DNA from: Tubiluchus corallicola
Taxonomy: Eukaryota > Animalia > Priapulida
DNA: 64,000 bases
Direction of reading: 5' to 3'
Assembly: GCA_030141605.1 (NCBI GenBank)
Contig: JAQGDQ010000069.1
Span: forward strand, 67,126-131,125
Below are positions 50,835 to 64,000 of the stretch, piece after piece. A model generated the notes under the pieces. That model ran no database searches. It worked only from the letters and a program-made list of their open reading frames with translations, and was not told the origin of the DNA. Position numbers and translations under genes: made by a program. Position 1 is the first letter of the stretch. Each line of letters begins with the position of its first letter.

Positions 50835-53800
50835 TTAACTCTGATGCTGCTTCACTGCTTCTAAAATGCTACACAGGTCTTTCATTGTTTCTTTCACACA
50901 ATCAACAAAGCCAGCTCCATCTACAGCAGGAGGGTAACTTGCAACGACGATACCACAACGATCATCCCTAATTCCGTATCCTACTCCATAACCATCGCGA
51001 TGGATGGGCATGAAGCCTCCGAATTCCACGAAGTTTGTTGTTAGCGTGGAAGTGGAGAGTTTGTAGTGATTATTGTAACTGTAGGATTCGTCTTCAAAAA
51101 TCTCCACATTCTTTCCGTGTGCCTCTGCAAGTTTGTGTAGTGCAAATAAGTGCCTGTCAAACCCTTGACCTAAACACAATAAGTACAAATAATCTAGTTA
51201 CTGTAAAAATAGTTAGAAGAGCAAATGTTTTCTTCTGGGAAGTAGTTTTAACAGAAAAACGAATCTACACAACCTATGCTAGATTTATTTTAGAAAAACG
51301 AGCATAGAAAGAAAAAAGGGGAAGAAATGGCACAAGAGGAGCAATCAAAGAAAGATATGAGAAAGAATGAAGAAAACCTGCATTTCAAATTTGAATTTTC
51401 ATTGTAAACTTTAGTTCTCTTTAGCTTTTAGTTAAAAATTGTCTGGAACAATTATCATAAATTGTTTGATTTATGAGCCAATCATTATTAATTTTTGCAC
51501 TGCAATGCAGCAATTTTACACATAGCCAGGTATTATTGTTTTTTGTTTTGCAGCACAACCCAGTGATTGCTTATACGCAGGCCAACTGTTATAGATTTTT
51601 GCATGGGTAATGCACCTGAATGTTTTTACATTGTTTTCTACAGAAGATATTGTTTCATATAACGATGTTTCACTTAACGACGTTATGCGCTGAAGTACTT
51701 TAGCATCATTAAGTGAGGACTTACTGTAATGTGTAATCTTACCCATTGCTGCCTCTTTTACTAGTTGATTGTGCACCCGTGAGCATTTATCAATCATCTG
51801 CCTCAGCTCTGCATTGGACGGACGTGATTTCAGTGCAAATGCTTCACACATTTTCTTAGTTGCTGTTGTAGCAGGCCTCATTGTCTCTGTCCGGCCATGA
51901 CGAAAAGCTGACGTGCTACATGATTCGTACGTCGGGAATGTGCCACCCAATTGCTTATATAGTGCTATCTATAAAAAAATAATTAGGAAAAAATGTAGTC
52001 ACAAATAAAAACTTCTAATTAAGCAATTTTGCAGGCAGATATGTGAGTATTAACATATGTGGTCAAAGTTTCGAATGTTTGTCAAATTTTAACAAGACCA
52101 GCAATAGCAATAGATTAAAAGTAGCTTAAAAACATAGTAAAATCTAAGCAATTATGTCCCGCAAAAGTCAAACTATGTAAGACTGAGTAAACCCTCATTT
52201 CTATTCCATCTTTGATGTCCATGCTATTCTGGTTAGAACAGACAAATCTGCTATAATATAATTATGATATTTATTTAATAGTTCAAACAAAATCTCTGGT
52301 AGAGTAGTGATGTGTTATCATATTACATCATAACGAAGCAATTACTCATTCTCAATACTATATATTGTTTACTAAAACTTACAGGTAAGTTTATATTATT
52401 TTTGGGCCCTGTATGGGTTTACTGGTTATTTTTAAATAAAACATGCTGGGTACAAGTCACAGAGTTATTACAAGTTGCTTTTCCACAAACAATTCATCAC
52501 GTCAAAGGTTTACACACAGGTGTAAAATCTCGATACCTAACAGAAATATTAAAATTTCAAAATGAAACTAAATTGATCAAAAATACTGAAAATAGAGATT
52601 ATGAGGAACTTTCAGGTACAAAAATTCGTGTAAGTTGAACATTTAACAAGCAGTATTGTTCTAATACTACAGGTACTAACTTGCAGAAGTAGTTGAATGA
52701 AAGAATCAGGGCTAAGCTTGTACTGCTTGACATAGCTTTTGCTCACTTCATGAAATGGGACCAACCGGAGGTCAGCAGAGTTGCAATCGTTCTCGACACG
52801 TGTTCGAGCATCCATAATGGCTTTCTTTAAGCTGGCATCCAACTTGAATTCTGCAATTTTTTTACACTTTACTACACAACTTACACAAATAGAATATTAC
52901 AACCATTAACACTTACTCTGCAAATTAAGTTTCAATGCAGTAATAGAAAACCGTTAAAAAAGTTTAGTGACCAGCCATGACCTAGCACAGTCCTGTCCAA
53001 AACTTGTTTCTGTGAAAGAAAATCATGTTACAATGAAAACATCCTAAAGTAAAACCACGAAAAAACATTCACCCTCCTAACAAGTTAAATATAAATCACA
53101 AATTGGCATCGCCAAATAATGTCTTCAGGTGATTTTATGTTTTCAAGAAATAGATAAACAGACGATTTCTGTTTTTATGTTTTGTCTTCAATAAAAAAGT
53201 TGAAAGTTGCAGACACATCAAAGTCTGCAAACAGTGAAGTTAAAAGAACACATTTTTAACAAGTAGTGAATGGATCATTATCAATAAATGAAGTAGTGAT
53301 ATACTGTAAAAGCGCAGTGTATTGCAATGGTCAAGCTCTGAACCGGCTATTTAATACTAAGCAACACTATCTAATGCTAAGCCACATTTAAAAAGCGACC
53401 ACGATGAATCAATGGCTGGCTGACTTTACAATATATAAAATAAGAACATGTCCAAGTTTTATACCTCGTTATATCAGTTACTCCCTAAAGAGATCCTGTT
53501 ACTTCAGTAACCTCCTCTAGAAGTAATTTCCGTTTATTTGTGGTACTTGAAAATTCATTATTTCCCATTTATGATAAATAAAACTCTTTATTCAAATGTC
53601 AAATGGCTTGAACATAGTAGTTGAAAAAAATGAAATCGCAAGAGCTTACCCAGTTTTTTCACTCTGGCACTGGTGTCAATCTTTGCTGGTACAGAACTTG
53701 AATGTATCTGTGGTTTTTCCATAGTGTCTTTGCATGCTTCATTAAAGAATCTCATTACAGCCACTCCATCGCCCCAGGCATGCTCAAAGTTAAGTGCAGT

Positions 53801-56800
53801 TTTACCAGTCTTCGTTATCATCAGCATGAAGCTCTTGTCGGGCCACCTGGTGGAACAACCAGAAATGGTAAATACTATACCTGCCACATATGTAAGACTA
53901 CGCATGATTACGAGTTGTTATTTAGCTTTACTTCTGTGTGTGTCACTCATGGATTTAAATTAACATTTGTGTAAGGTTAATTTTAATTTTGATTTAAAAT
54001 TTAATTTTTGATGTAGTTTTAGTTTTTGCTTCACGGATCATTCTGGTTGTTAACCTGGAAATGTAGATATTGAAATAGGCTCGAAATGTATCAATATAAA
54101 GATCTGGATTTTCACGCTTTGGTTATATCGCGATTTTCAAGCAATAAAAGCAGGGGCGTACCAAGACTTTTACGATGCCCTAGGCTGATAGTCCAGTCCC
54201 GCCCATCTCTATTGTGAATTTATGGCTGTTTATGTAATAAGGAGATTAAACAATTACTTGTGGTGTATTAGAAACACTATTAACCTAGTTTCTACAAGGT
54301 CAATATTAATTACATGTATTTGTATAATGCTTATATACAAGCAGGCCGCAACTGCTTATTGTATAATACCTTGCACCTGTTTGTTACGCGGCACTTATAT
54401 AAAAGCTGGGCTCAGTAACTGTCTATAGTGTATTATAAAAGATGCCCTTTACCTAAATATGAAAGTGTGCACATTTTCCGAGGACAATAATATTTTTTTC
54501 TAAAATGTGATGTCCCGCAAGCTTTGTTGCCCTAGGCTGTAAGCTTAGTTAGGCTATTGGTTAATACGCCCTGAATAAAAGTTTATAGCGGTATAAATTT
54601 TAACTTCAAAGCTTACCGATTAGCGCAGTCACCATAAAGAAAGTTTCGAGCAAGTGGGGTACTGATCTCATCTGGGGTACTGATGTCATCTAAACACAAG
54701 GCAAACAAACCTGTGTCTAACAACCTATGATAAATATAAATTTTTAAGAATAAAAAACAGGTTCACATAGTGTTAATCAATTAATTAAGTTCTTAGATCA
54801 AAAAATGATGAAAACCAAGAAAAAAAATTACCAGGTTTGCAAAGTAATAAAGTTAAAACATCTGATTAATATGCTGCAGCACTGCATGAAACTTACTACA
54901 AAATAAATAAGCAAACATATAACTTCCTCATTTATTTAAAAAGTTCTTTACCATGAAAATGACTGAGCCAATGGAGCCTTAGAAAAACGTTAACTTTGAC
55001 GTCAATTTATTTTGTGCTAAATAAATAAATTTGGAAACAAATCATTTTTAATGGAATGGTATAGCGCTTAGCCACCAATCGTCGGAATCTAGTTGGAATC
55101 CCAAACATGTCGGAATTTTTTTACCCGAATGTTAAACTGGAGCAGGACTCGATGGCTACATTCCTAGGTATACTCAGTCTTAACTGCGCAGTTTGTTATG
55201 TACTGTGGGAAGAAAGCCGGCCAAGTGGTCGGTTAGCCGCCTGCCCTTCTTGTGTGCTGAGGCTTTGTAAACAGGTATCGAAATCATCTGTCTCTACACA
55301 CAATCAGGAGTATGGGGTTAATCTTCTTCTGTGAGTTAACTAGGCAAAGATTGCTATCCGAAGTATTACGCAGACGAGGACAATGACCATTTGCTTTAAT
55401 GAACAGATCCTGAGCCAAACCGCTAAGCTATGCTGTGCAATAATTAATTAATCATAATGTATCAAACCGTGAGTAAATTTCAACATTCACCAATTTATTA
55501 TTTACACTGACATATTGTTACATCCTAAACATAATTATCCATGAACCTTTCATCTACTCACTCTAATGAATCCTGGTTCCCATTTGCCACTAACTGTTCT
55601 CGCACGCCGGCCCAGGTGTCACGCTCTTCTGTTGACAGGTACCCTATTGGATGCTGCGGGGGAGGAGAATTGTCTTGCATGATATGTTGTATACAAGCAT
55701 GTATTTCTGCGGCAGGTAGGATGTCACCTAAGGAACCCAAAACAGTGAAATAATTTATTAATAAATATCTCTAAATTTCTTATTTTTTACTTTAGATGTC
55801 AATATTTTTACAACATTTGGTTCTTGTCAGACAAAATTTTAGTAAACATTTCATTAACTACACAGTTCAATTTACAATATCATAAAAATGTGCATTTTTT
55901 ATACTACATTCCGAATAAATTGAAATCTGGCACACAATGGTCATGCTCAATATACATAGTTGTGGTGGGACCGGAATCTCAGCTCATTAATCAAGGATAA
56001 TATTCTAAGATGAAACAATGAACCAGCAGCAGTGTCTCAGACATTTTCACTGTGAGCACATCCTTGTTCAACGAGGTGAACAGTCACAAGATCAGCACGA
56101 AGAACGAAACTGCCAGTCCAGTCCATTAACTGTTCACTGATCAGCTTTGATAAAGCTTAACTTTGGCTGATAAGTATTCACTATGACCACTCAGTTATAT
56201 ATCTCACTCTGCATAAAGTAAAACCCATATTAAGAAAAACCTAAGCAACTTGATATGACTGCACAACTTTATAACTTATTGATATAATATTAAAAAACAA
56301 TAAACAATAGCAAATTAGATGAAATTATTGCATTTAATTTTTATCGGTCTATAGGAATGGGTGAAATGTGACCAGTTCCTCAAAGAAGCAAAGAAAGAAA
56401 TATCCTTTAATCGCAATAAGTCATTCACTTGACTAATAATAATAAACTCTTTTTTTTGCTACATAGTTCTAAAAAAACTTAACAAGCATGGTTAGCCACA
56501 GGGTCAGCATGTCAGTTCTAACAGTCTATGGGGTTAAAGCACAAGAAAAGTGGTACCTGAAGTAGGTTTCAGAAAAATCGCCTTAAAAATTATATTACTT
56601 TACAGCAATTTTATGCATATATCGTACGCGCATTGAAAGGAATTTTTATTTGTCTTCATTTTAAATCTCCCACAATACTGTTCTGAAGTCGCCATTACAT
56701 GATGTCACTATGCAAACGTAAATCAGAGGAAAAAAGGACAATGTTAAATTACGCACCAAAAAACTTTCCATACAAATCCATATTACATAGCATTTCGTTT

Positions 56801-59800
56801 ACCTGCTGGAAACTAAGGTGGAAGGACTTATGTAACCAGAAAAGAAAATGATTAATTGTTTAAAATGCTTTCACCAATTAGTAAAATGTCGGCGACTCAC
56901 CCTCCAGGGTGCACGACTCACTAACCAAAAACATATTTTTAATCTTACTGACAAGATACAGTAATTTACAATTTCAATCAGTTTGTGACGTGTGCACTAC
57001 GAATTCTCTGATTATGTTTTCAAAGTTTACACAATGTTATCTAAACTTATTTCAAATGACCTGTCGTCAAAATGGCTGTGTCTAATGGTCATTGCGGGAG
57101 TTTAAATTTACATGTTTTATAAAGTGTGACTGTCGATTGAAGTCCTGTATGTAAAAAGTAAGTGATATAAAATTTCAAGACAAATTTTTTAAGCTTTATG
57201 TTTATGAAAGGTTTTCTTGTACTCTAAAGACTAACTGAACATCGCATAAAATTATAAACAGTGCAGTGCATGTACAACATACCATTTCGGTCGAATACAT
57301 CAAACACATAGAAGTGGCCATTTCTAATCACCAACTGATGGCGGGCAGCTGGATTGCAATAAATCTCATCTTTGTTCTTACATGGAATGCGTGTTGAATT
57401 AAACAGATTTTTGAATTGACTCATGTCCAGCGGAAATGCCTTAAACAAGTATGCACCATACCAGGACAATCGACTTGGCAGTAACCTGTTTAGATACAAT
57501 AAGAAAAATGTATGTTTAATTTTCATTAGTCTCTTCCTTTATTCGTTTCACATATACAATACCTTAACACTGTCGCAAGATTGAGGGGAACAGATTTAAT
57601 ATATCCGTAATTATTTTTGCACACGTTTCCCACTCTAAACTATACAAATCGTAAACAGATACAAGTCATATTGTACTTCATCTTTGTAACTATACACACT
57701 CTTCTATTACGCGGCATGCTTTAGTCATCTCTCTGTTTCAGCTTTCAAGTGAAGTGCAGGCAAAACAAACGGTGCAAAATTAACATTCAACGAATCAGCC
57801 ATATTAACATCATATACATGGTATTGCTTAAGTAATGGGGTAAGAGATACGTATGTTGCAAAACTTGTTTGTGTTAAACTCTTCCTTCTAACCACATAGG
57901 TTCAGTGGAATGTAGTCAGTATAGATTTGAATTAGGTGAGTTAATCAGGTTTCAGATAATTGATAATACTCTAGGATTATAATATTATAATATAATGTCA
58001 TCCTGGATATTGGGATTCCTCCCGGATAACAACTGTCTCTGCCTTCCCAAAATTAAGTCTTTTAAGAGGTTTATCTGCTTCTATGTTTAAGCAAGTCGTT
58101 TGGTGAACAATGTTTTATTCCATGTAGCTCTTTCATAACTTTGTTGAACAACAATCGAGAGGTTCAGACGTTAACCAAGTTTGAAGTTTCTGCTGCATAA
58201 ATCAGCGCACTTGTAATGCAAGCTTCTGCCACAGTTTTTTCATGCAAGTCTAATCATACATTAAGAATAATTCTGGATTTATTGAAACACAAGAATTCCT
58301 TAGCTCCACAGTGTCTCTATGATAATTTACTAAGGGACACTTAATTAAGAGGATTAAATCATCCTTAGAGGAAATGTGGAGGCCTTTTTTTCCTTTTCCC
58401 ATGCATTATGGCCTTAATCTATAACTGAGCCGACAATACAGAATTGGTTGCTATTACTTATTAAAACAATAAGCAGAACAGGTGATGTTAAACTCTTGAA
58501 AATTTGCCAGGAACTGTACCAATAGCACACTTGACACTCGCCTACACTTTGCCAAACACCAAAAAGTATGTATAACAACATTTCTTTTCAAAATTTAGAG
58601 TAAACCTTCCAAAAAAACTTGTCACTATTGTTTAATAATATACCATAAAAGTAATAACAAGAACAAGTGAAAAAAATTTCTGTGAAGTAACGGTACAATA
58701 CATTGGCAGGTCATTTGCCATTTGCCCACACTGGCAATAACAGAAAATGAATGTACAGTGCTCCCTCGCTACTTCGCGATTCGTTTATCGCGGACTCGCT
58801 GTTTCGAGGGTTTTCAAAAATGTTAATGTAAAATATTTATCGCGGTATTCTTGCTGTTTCGCGGGTTTTTGTGGTACTCCGTCTAAAGTATTTTTGCACA
58901 TGCGTAGTACGTATTACACGGTAATGCATAGATTTGATGAATTTTGCATAAAAAAATCACAAAACAGATAAAAACATATTAAAAATATTAATTCTATCAT
59001 TAAAAGAATATTATAAATCATAAAAAATACCATTTACAGTAAATAGTGTATTTATTCAGCGGATGAATACACACCAAAAACGAAATGTAGTACTTGCAAC
59101 CCGCTTGAGATGCTACTTGTCGTGTGTGCGTAGTTTTCATCTGAGGTGTTGTGTATGCTATTTGTGAAATTTTTGTTAGAGACTGAATTTATTCATGCTC
59201 TACGTTCTGCCACCTAAATGTTCTGCAACTTCTACGGTTTCTGGCGGCGAACCTAAGCAGTTTCCTACTTTCCGGAAATTCACCTATACCCCTGGTGGGC
59301 CTGGAACGGAACACCCGTGATAAGTGAGGGGACACTGTACTCATTTTTTTCATCATTTTAGGTAAAACTTCCAAAGAAGCAGCCATCAACATCATAAAAG
59401 TAAAAGAAATAAACATGAAAAAAATGCAACGAAATATAAAAACAAAAATAAGGTAGAATAACAGAGAGTCATTCACAAGTTACCTTGTGATAAGACGAAA
59501 TTGTGCAGTGTCACTTTTCTTAGGTTTGAGGTGAAAAATCTCAGGTGCTAAAACATTGTCTCTCAATGCTTTCTTAAACCGGACAGCAGATATAACGTAA
59601 TTGGTTGCCCGAATCAACTGCAATAAAAAATTTTCTTAATTTATATCAACAAACTTTAGCGACCCATTATGGAGTATAAGAGCATTATGGTTTCAATCAT
59701 ATCACACGCACAGGTAATACGAAATTACAAATTTAATTTGTGAACATAAAAACGACAACATGCTTTCTTCAGTATACATGAACAGCAAAAATAAGAAAGG

Positions 59801-59844
59801 AAAACAGAGAAGAACAGATCAGATGAATGAGGGAAAAGGAGGAA

Positions 59845-59893
<49 letters not shown>

Positions 59894-62669
59894 AGAGAGA
59901 GACAGAGAAAGCAGAGTTATGGCCTGCTTGTGAGTTGTATAATACGTGCACTTACATTGCTTTTTCGTGATATTATCTTAGGCAATAATTTTTTGTCAAA
60001 GTGATTGCAGAGAACGGCACAGCGAAAAAATTATGAAGTGAGTTATAAAATTTTATCGCTAACTGATTTTTTAAACATGGGCGAAGGATGATAGAAATTA
60101 ATCTAAAATTAGTTCTACAAAAAAACATTTATAGCATCATTATCACAGCTAGAGAAAACAAAGTCCGAACCTAAGATAAGTAGAGTGCTAATAAAATCAT
60201 TTCTTTTAGCTTGATCTACTAAAGTACTAATATACATTTAATACAGACTGAGATTTCGTTAAACAGTTGCACATACTATTTTTTAGTTCTTTGTTGCCGA
60301 AAAGCCAGCATTTCAAATATTATTTGACCCCAGAAAAATGAAACTAGTAGGTTGCAAATAAAAATATTAAAAACAAAAACTGGTAATTCAATGAAGAAAC
60401 TCAAAGAACACAATTTCTATAAAAAACAGTCACAAATACAAATATGTGCTGCAGCAAAACATAAAACAGATAAACAAACAAACCTGGTCCATTTGAGCTG
60501 GGTTAGGATCATCAACAAAAGCCATAAAAGGGTTGAAGTTGAGCACTATAGGATGTCTATCAGATAAGTACATATCAGACCAGTACTGAGAAATATAACT
60601 AGTGTGTTTGTTTCTTTTATCCTGCTGTACCAACTCCTCGTGCAACTCTAGAAAAGCAGAAATCATTTTAAGAGACTGACTAACAATTTATCTTACAGAA
60701 AATATTTTACTAATTTATGCAAAACCTTTGCTGTACCTCTTCCATACCCATCTCGGAATTTGCGGACAATGTTTTCTGTTCTACTCAGTTGTTCTGGAGT
60801 TAGGACGGCCCTCAGTGACCGCAAATAACGCTGACAGGTATTATCAAGCTGAGGTATTGGTAACCGAGGTAAACTTGGCTGGAAATGCATTGTTGGAATG
60901 CTGCTCTTATGCAGGTACTGGTATTCATCTGATAATGCTGATGAACTGAAATGTTAAGATACATGTTCATATGGCTGGTAAAAACTTTAAAACCCTTATT
61001 AACAAAACTGCATTAGTTGAACGCCAGCTAAGGGCACACGTTTCAGTAAACATGTTAGCCGAGAAAGTTCCTAGGTTGCTTTGAGACTTTTATTTGGCTG
61101 GTCCAAATCTACAAAAAAATTAATACATGACATGGTTTACAGAATTTTAATTTGCATCTTTTCACAATATTTTTAATTCTGAATAAGTAACATTCTACTA
61201 TTATGCAAGCTAGTTCATAAACTATACAGCTACACTGAGGACCTTAATAGGCAGATTGTGAAGCTGTATCTTTCCTGTAAACATGATTTTACTATTAAAA
61301 GCTTTAATGAGATAAATAAAGTATGTGGGCACCTGTCTTACTCTGCACTACCGTACAAGCAATCTCATGAGCTAGCAATTTAGTCAAATACACCAAGTTT
61401 CACTAAGAGTGTCTCAGTGTTACAACGAGGAAATAATTTATAAAAGAAAAAATCCTAGAGGCATTTGACATACATGGATTACAGCAAAGGAAAAAGATGA
61501 GGACCTTCAGTCACAGCAAAATAAATCATTTACCTGTACGAGGCAGAAGGTTTTCTCCAACGAAAACACTAAAAAGAAAACAGAGTTAAATTAAACAATA
61601 ACATAATAATTCATTTGATGCATACAACCACCAGAAGTACACCAGAATTTTGGATATATCTCAAGTTTCTTCTAAACCACAAAACAGTCTAAACAAATAC
61701 TTTGTTAATGCAAGGGGGGAAACAATACAGCCAGCAATGTCCAACTATAAAGTACATAAAGAGTCAGCAAAACAAACAATGTTTTGAAATCTTCTACTTT
61801 CTCCATGTGTATTTTAAGAGCATTTCACTTTATAGAAATAGTAACATTTTGACCTATAAAATAGTAACGAGCAGTTTAAATTTTTGGAGAGGTATGAAAA
61901 CAGAAATTCCTTAGGCATAGGCACTACAGCCTGGTTTTAAATTGTAACCATTGTCCTAGAATCTTTTTATTTTGTTTTATTTTCATTAATCTGTTGGAAA
62001 ATAACCATTGGCTAATATAACCTTTTTTTAAGTTTCGACAACAAATAAAATTTTTATTACTAGTATTAGCAGTACTTGCGAGAACATCAGTTACAACTGT
62101 AAAAGAAAAGAGCAAAGCTGGATTTAAGAAAATATTTTATCAGACATAGGATAATTGATTTGTGGAATGGTTTACCTCAAAGGGACATGGAAGCAGTTAA
62201 AGTTAATAACTTTAATCAGTTTAAAGGGGGCAACTAAATGTATGTTAATGCTATTGAGGAACAAAATACAGATGGGATTCACGAGAAACAAGTCTGCAGA
62301 CACTGAGTTGTTTTTGGCCCATGTTTATGCGTATAATGTATCAAGTATAATGCATGAGTAATAAGTTTTGTACTTAAAGTGCAAATGCCACAAAAAAGTA
62401 ATTTAGAAATTGAGTGTATGGCATAACCCACTTTTGGGCAAACAGGAATATAAAGTGACGAAGGATGATCTTCGTCAATGTAAACGCTTAAGTTCAGCTC
62501 AGGTAAGCAGAATTTCAAAATACTATTATAACACAGTTTAATAACAAAATATTTTTAAAGAATCATTTACCTTGACACAGTTGGGGTGCCACTTAATTTC
62601 TAAATTATGGTATGTTTCAATAAAAGCTACATTACTAGTGACTCTATTACAATTTCGTAAATGAAACAT
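50835..62669 (-). CDS. CPT2: Carnitine O-palmitoyltransferase 2, mitochondrial; 12 coding exons, ~681 aa
   Basis: Exons: 62571-62669 ([10 protein letters not shown].., tentative start), 61534-61568, 60737-60945, 60484-60647, 59484-59617, 57283-57485, 55562-55727, 54617-54724, 53650-53846, 52681-52850, 51743-51968, 50835-51169; phase-consistent GT-AG. Motifs [40 protein letters not shown], catalytic [33 protein letters not shown] and LSTSTL. Confidence 0.95.
54151..54573. mobile_element. hAT MITE
   Basis: Ends CAGGGGCGTA / TACGCCCTG, internal GCCCTAGGCTG near both ends, perfect 8-bp TSD AATAAAAG (54143-54150 and 54574-54581). Confidence 0.9.
55050..55395 (+). mobile_element. tRNA-derived SINE
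   Basis: TGGTATAGCGCTTAGCC (A-box-like) ... GTTGGAATCCC (B-box-like) followed by a GC-richer body; not an intact cloverleaf. Confidence 0.55.
58756..59337. mobile_element. Tigger/pogo-like non-autonomous DNA transposon
   Basis: TA|CAGTGCTCCCTCGCTACTTCGCG ... CGTGATAAGTGAGGGGACACTG|TA, with a TA TSD. Confidence 0.85.
59848..59908. repeat. (GA)n microsatellite
   Basis: Long perfect GA run decaying into GAAA/GACA variants. Confidence 0.95.
62075..62260 (+). mobile_element. CR1-clade LINE 3'-terminal fragment
   Basis: [45 protein letters not shown] parallels the C-terminus of the CR1 copy at 13459-14420. Confidence 0.7.
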
Positions 62670-64000
62670 TTCTGCAGCTTTGTCAAACTGTCAAAACACT
62701 AAAGCGAGACAGCAATAATTATTCAGGAAAATGAGCAAAATAAGCACAGAAACACAACACTTCTAATTCATAAAATGGGTACAGCACATCTGCCCAGTTG
62801 TTCCACAGCCAAGGTACAGCACGTTAGACAGGATCAACCACCCGAATATTTATAGTCTAGTATGCTTTTAAATATAAAAACAATTGACAAAAAACTTGTT
62901 ATTAGTTTCTGTTGTATTATGATTGCTTAATTATGTGGGATACTTCTGCACAAATATTATCTGTTATTATCATTACCGGTTGTAAACGCGAAAAATAATT
63001 TGACAATGACGTCACGGAGGTGCGAAGCTAGCATCGCTATGGCGTCGCATAAAAAGAAGTTACCTTATTCTGTAATTAAATGGTCTAGTTTCTCAGCTTC
63101 CTATGTGCCTGAGTAAGTATTATTATGCTAAGTAAATTACCAAGATTTGTGAATATTTTTTGCATTCAGAGTACATATATATTTTTGCCATTGTTCTTCA
63201 AATCTTGAATCTTGTTTTGCAACTTCGTTTTGGCGTTACGCCAGAGTCACTAAACTAAACTTAATTTAGACCTAATTTAATAATGTGGATTGTTTTCATT
63301 TTTAAAGTTTGGAATCGTTTTCATTTTTTTCTCCATTGTGTTTATTAACCCATGTTAATAGGTAAAGATAACTTTGAATTAATTGCTAGAATACCAAAAA
63401 ATGAATTATAACAAAGTATTTATTTATTTATTAAATATCCACAATGATCAGTACAGCATTGTACATAAAAGTATTTAATAATATATTTATTATTATGTGT
63501 TCAAGATGCCAAGCCGCAAATGACCCGTGGGGTACTCAAGAAGTAATTACTTGTTTAGAGTACCCCAAATGAATGTGGACTAAGTGTAATACTAATAGAA
63601 AAGAGCACTAAAGGAATAGAAGAAAGGTTAATAGAAAATAGAAAGAAGAAGAAAGGTGTGATGGTATCTGTATGAAGTAACATGAACTATAGAAATGTAA
63701 AAATTGACATAACCAGCAACACAATGGATTACGACAGGGACTGCAGTGTAATTAATCAAATTGATTTATTCTGTATAATTAGAAAATATTTCATTTTTAA
63801 AATTTCTTTTGAAGTTATTTATAGATAAAGAATTTTTTATGTATTCGTTTATGTTATTCCAAAGTCTAGGGCAAGTGTTAGTGATGAAGTGCCTTGCCGC
63901 GTCAGTCCTGCAATACTTAATACAAAATTCGTTAAATCTTGTTGAGTAATGACTTACGTTAATAGATAATGGGTTTAAAAAGAAAGCTGGGTGAAGTTTA

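Noticed and set aside
55050-55110. tRNA gene
   Set aside because: A/B-box-like words are present but there is no acceptor stem or cloverleaf; treated as a SINE head, like the other tRNA-like segments.
58020-58270. Further LINE remnant on the minus strand ([11 protein letters not shown])
   Set aside because: Only one short motif resemblance; too weak to list as a feature.
61924-62115. Possible extra CPT2 exon at ~62022-62097
   Set aside because: Phase is incompatible with the flanking exons and it overlaps an antisense CR1 remnant.

Overview
AT-rich eukaryotic (invertebrate animal) genomic DNA with GT-AG spliceosomal introns; not prokaryotic, and no rRNA, intact tRNA or CRISPR is seen. Left to right: (1) a near full-length but damaged non-LTR retrotransposon of the LOA/R1 type (1-~5426, +; ORF1, APE-RT-RNase H-zinc finger ORF2) whose first 88 nt fold by hand as an HDV-like self-cleaving ribozyme; (2) the 5' exons of a minus-strand gene resembling MCM10, with a two-exon LRR gene nested antisense in one intron; that LRR gene resembles a glycoprotein-hormone-receptor ectodomain but has no 7TM; (3) tandem single-coding-exon mitochondrial membrane genes TMEM11 and TMEM186 (+); (4) UPF2 (-; 29 coding exons traced by hand, ~1536 aa, long charged N-terminal extension); (5) CPT2 (-; 12 coding exons, ~681 aa). 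Introns and spacers carry CR1/RTE-type LINE relics, tRNA-derived SINEs, a fossil Tc1/mariner transposase and several MITEs. Identities come from recalled motif similarity, not database searches. Exon models were checked only for GT-AG ends and reading-frame phase.
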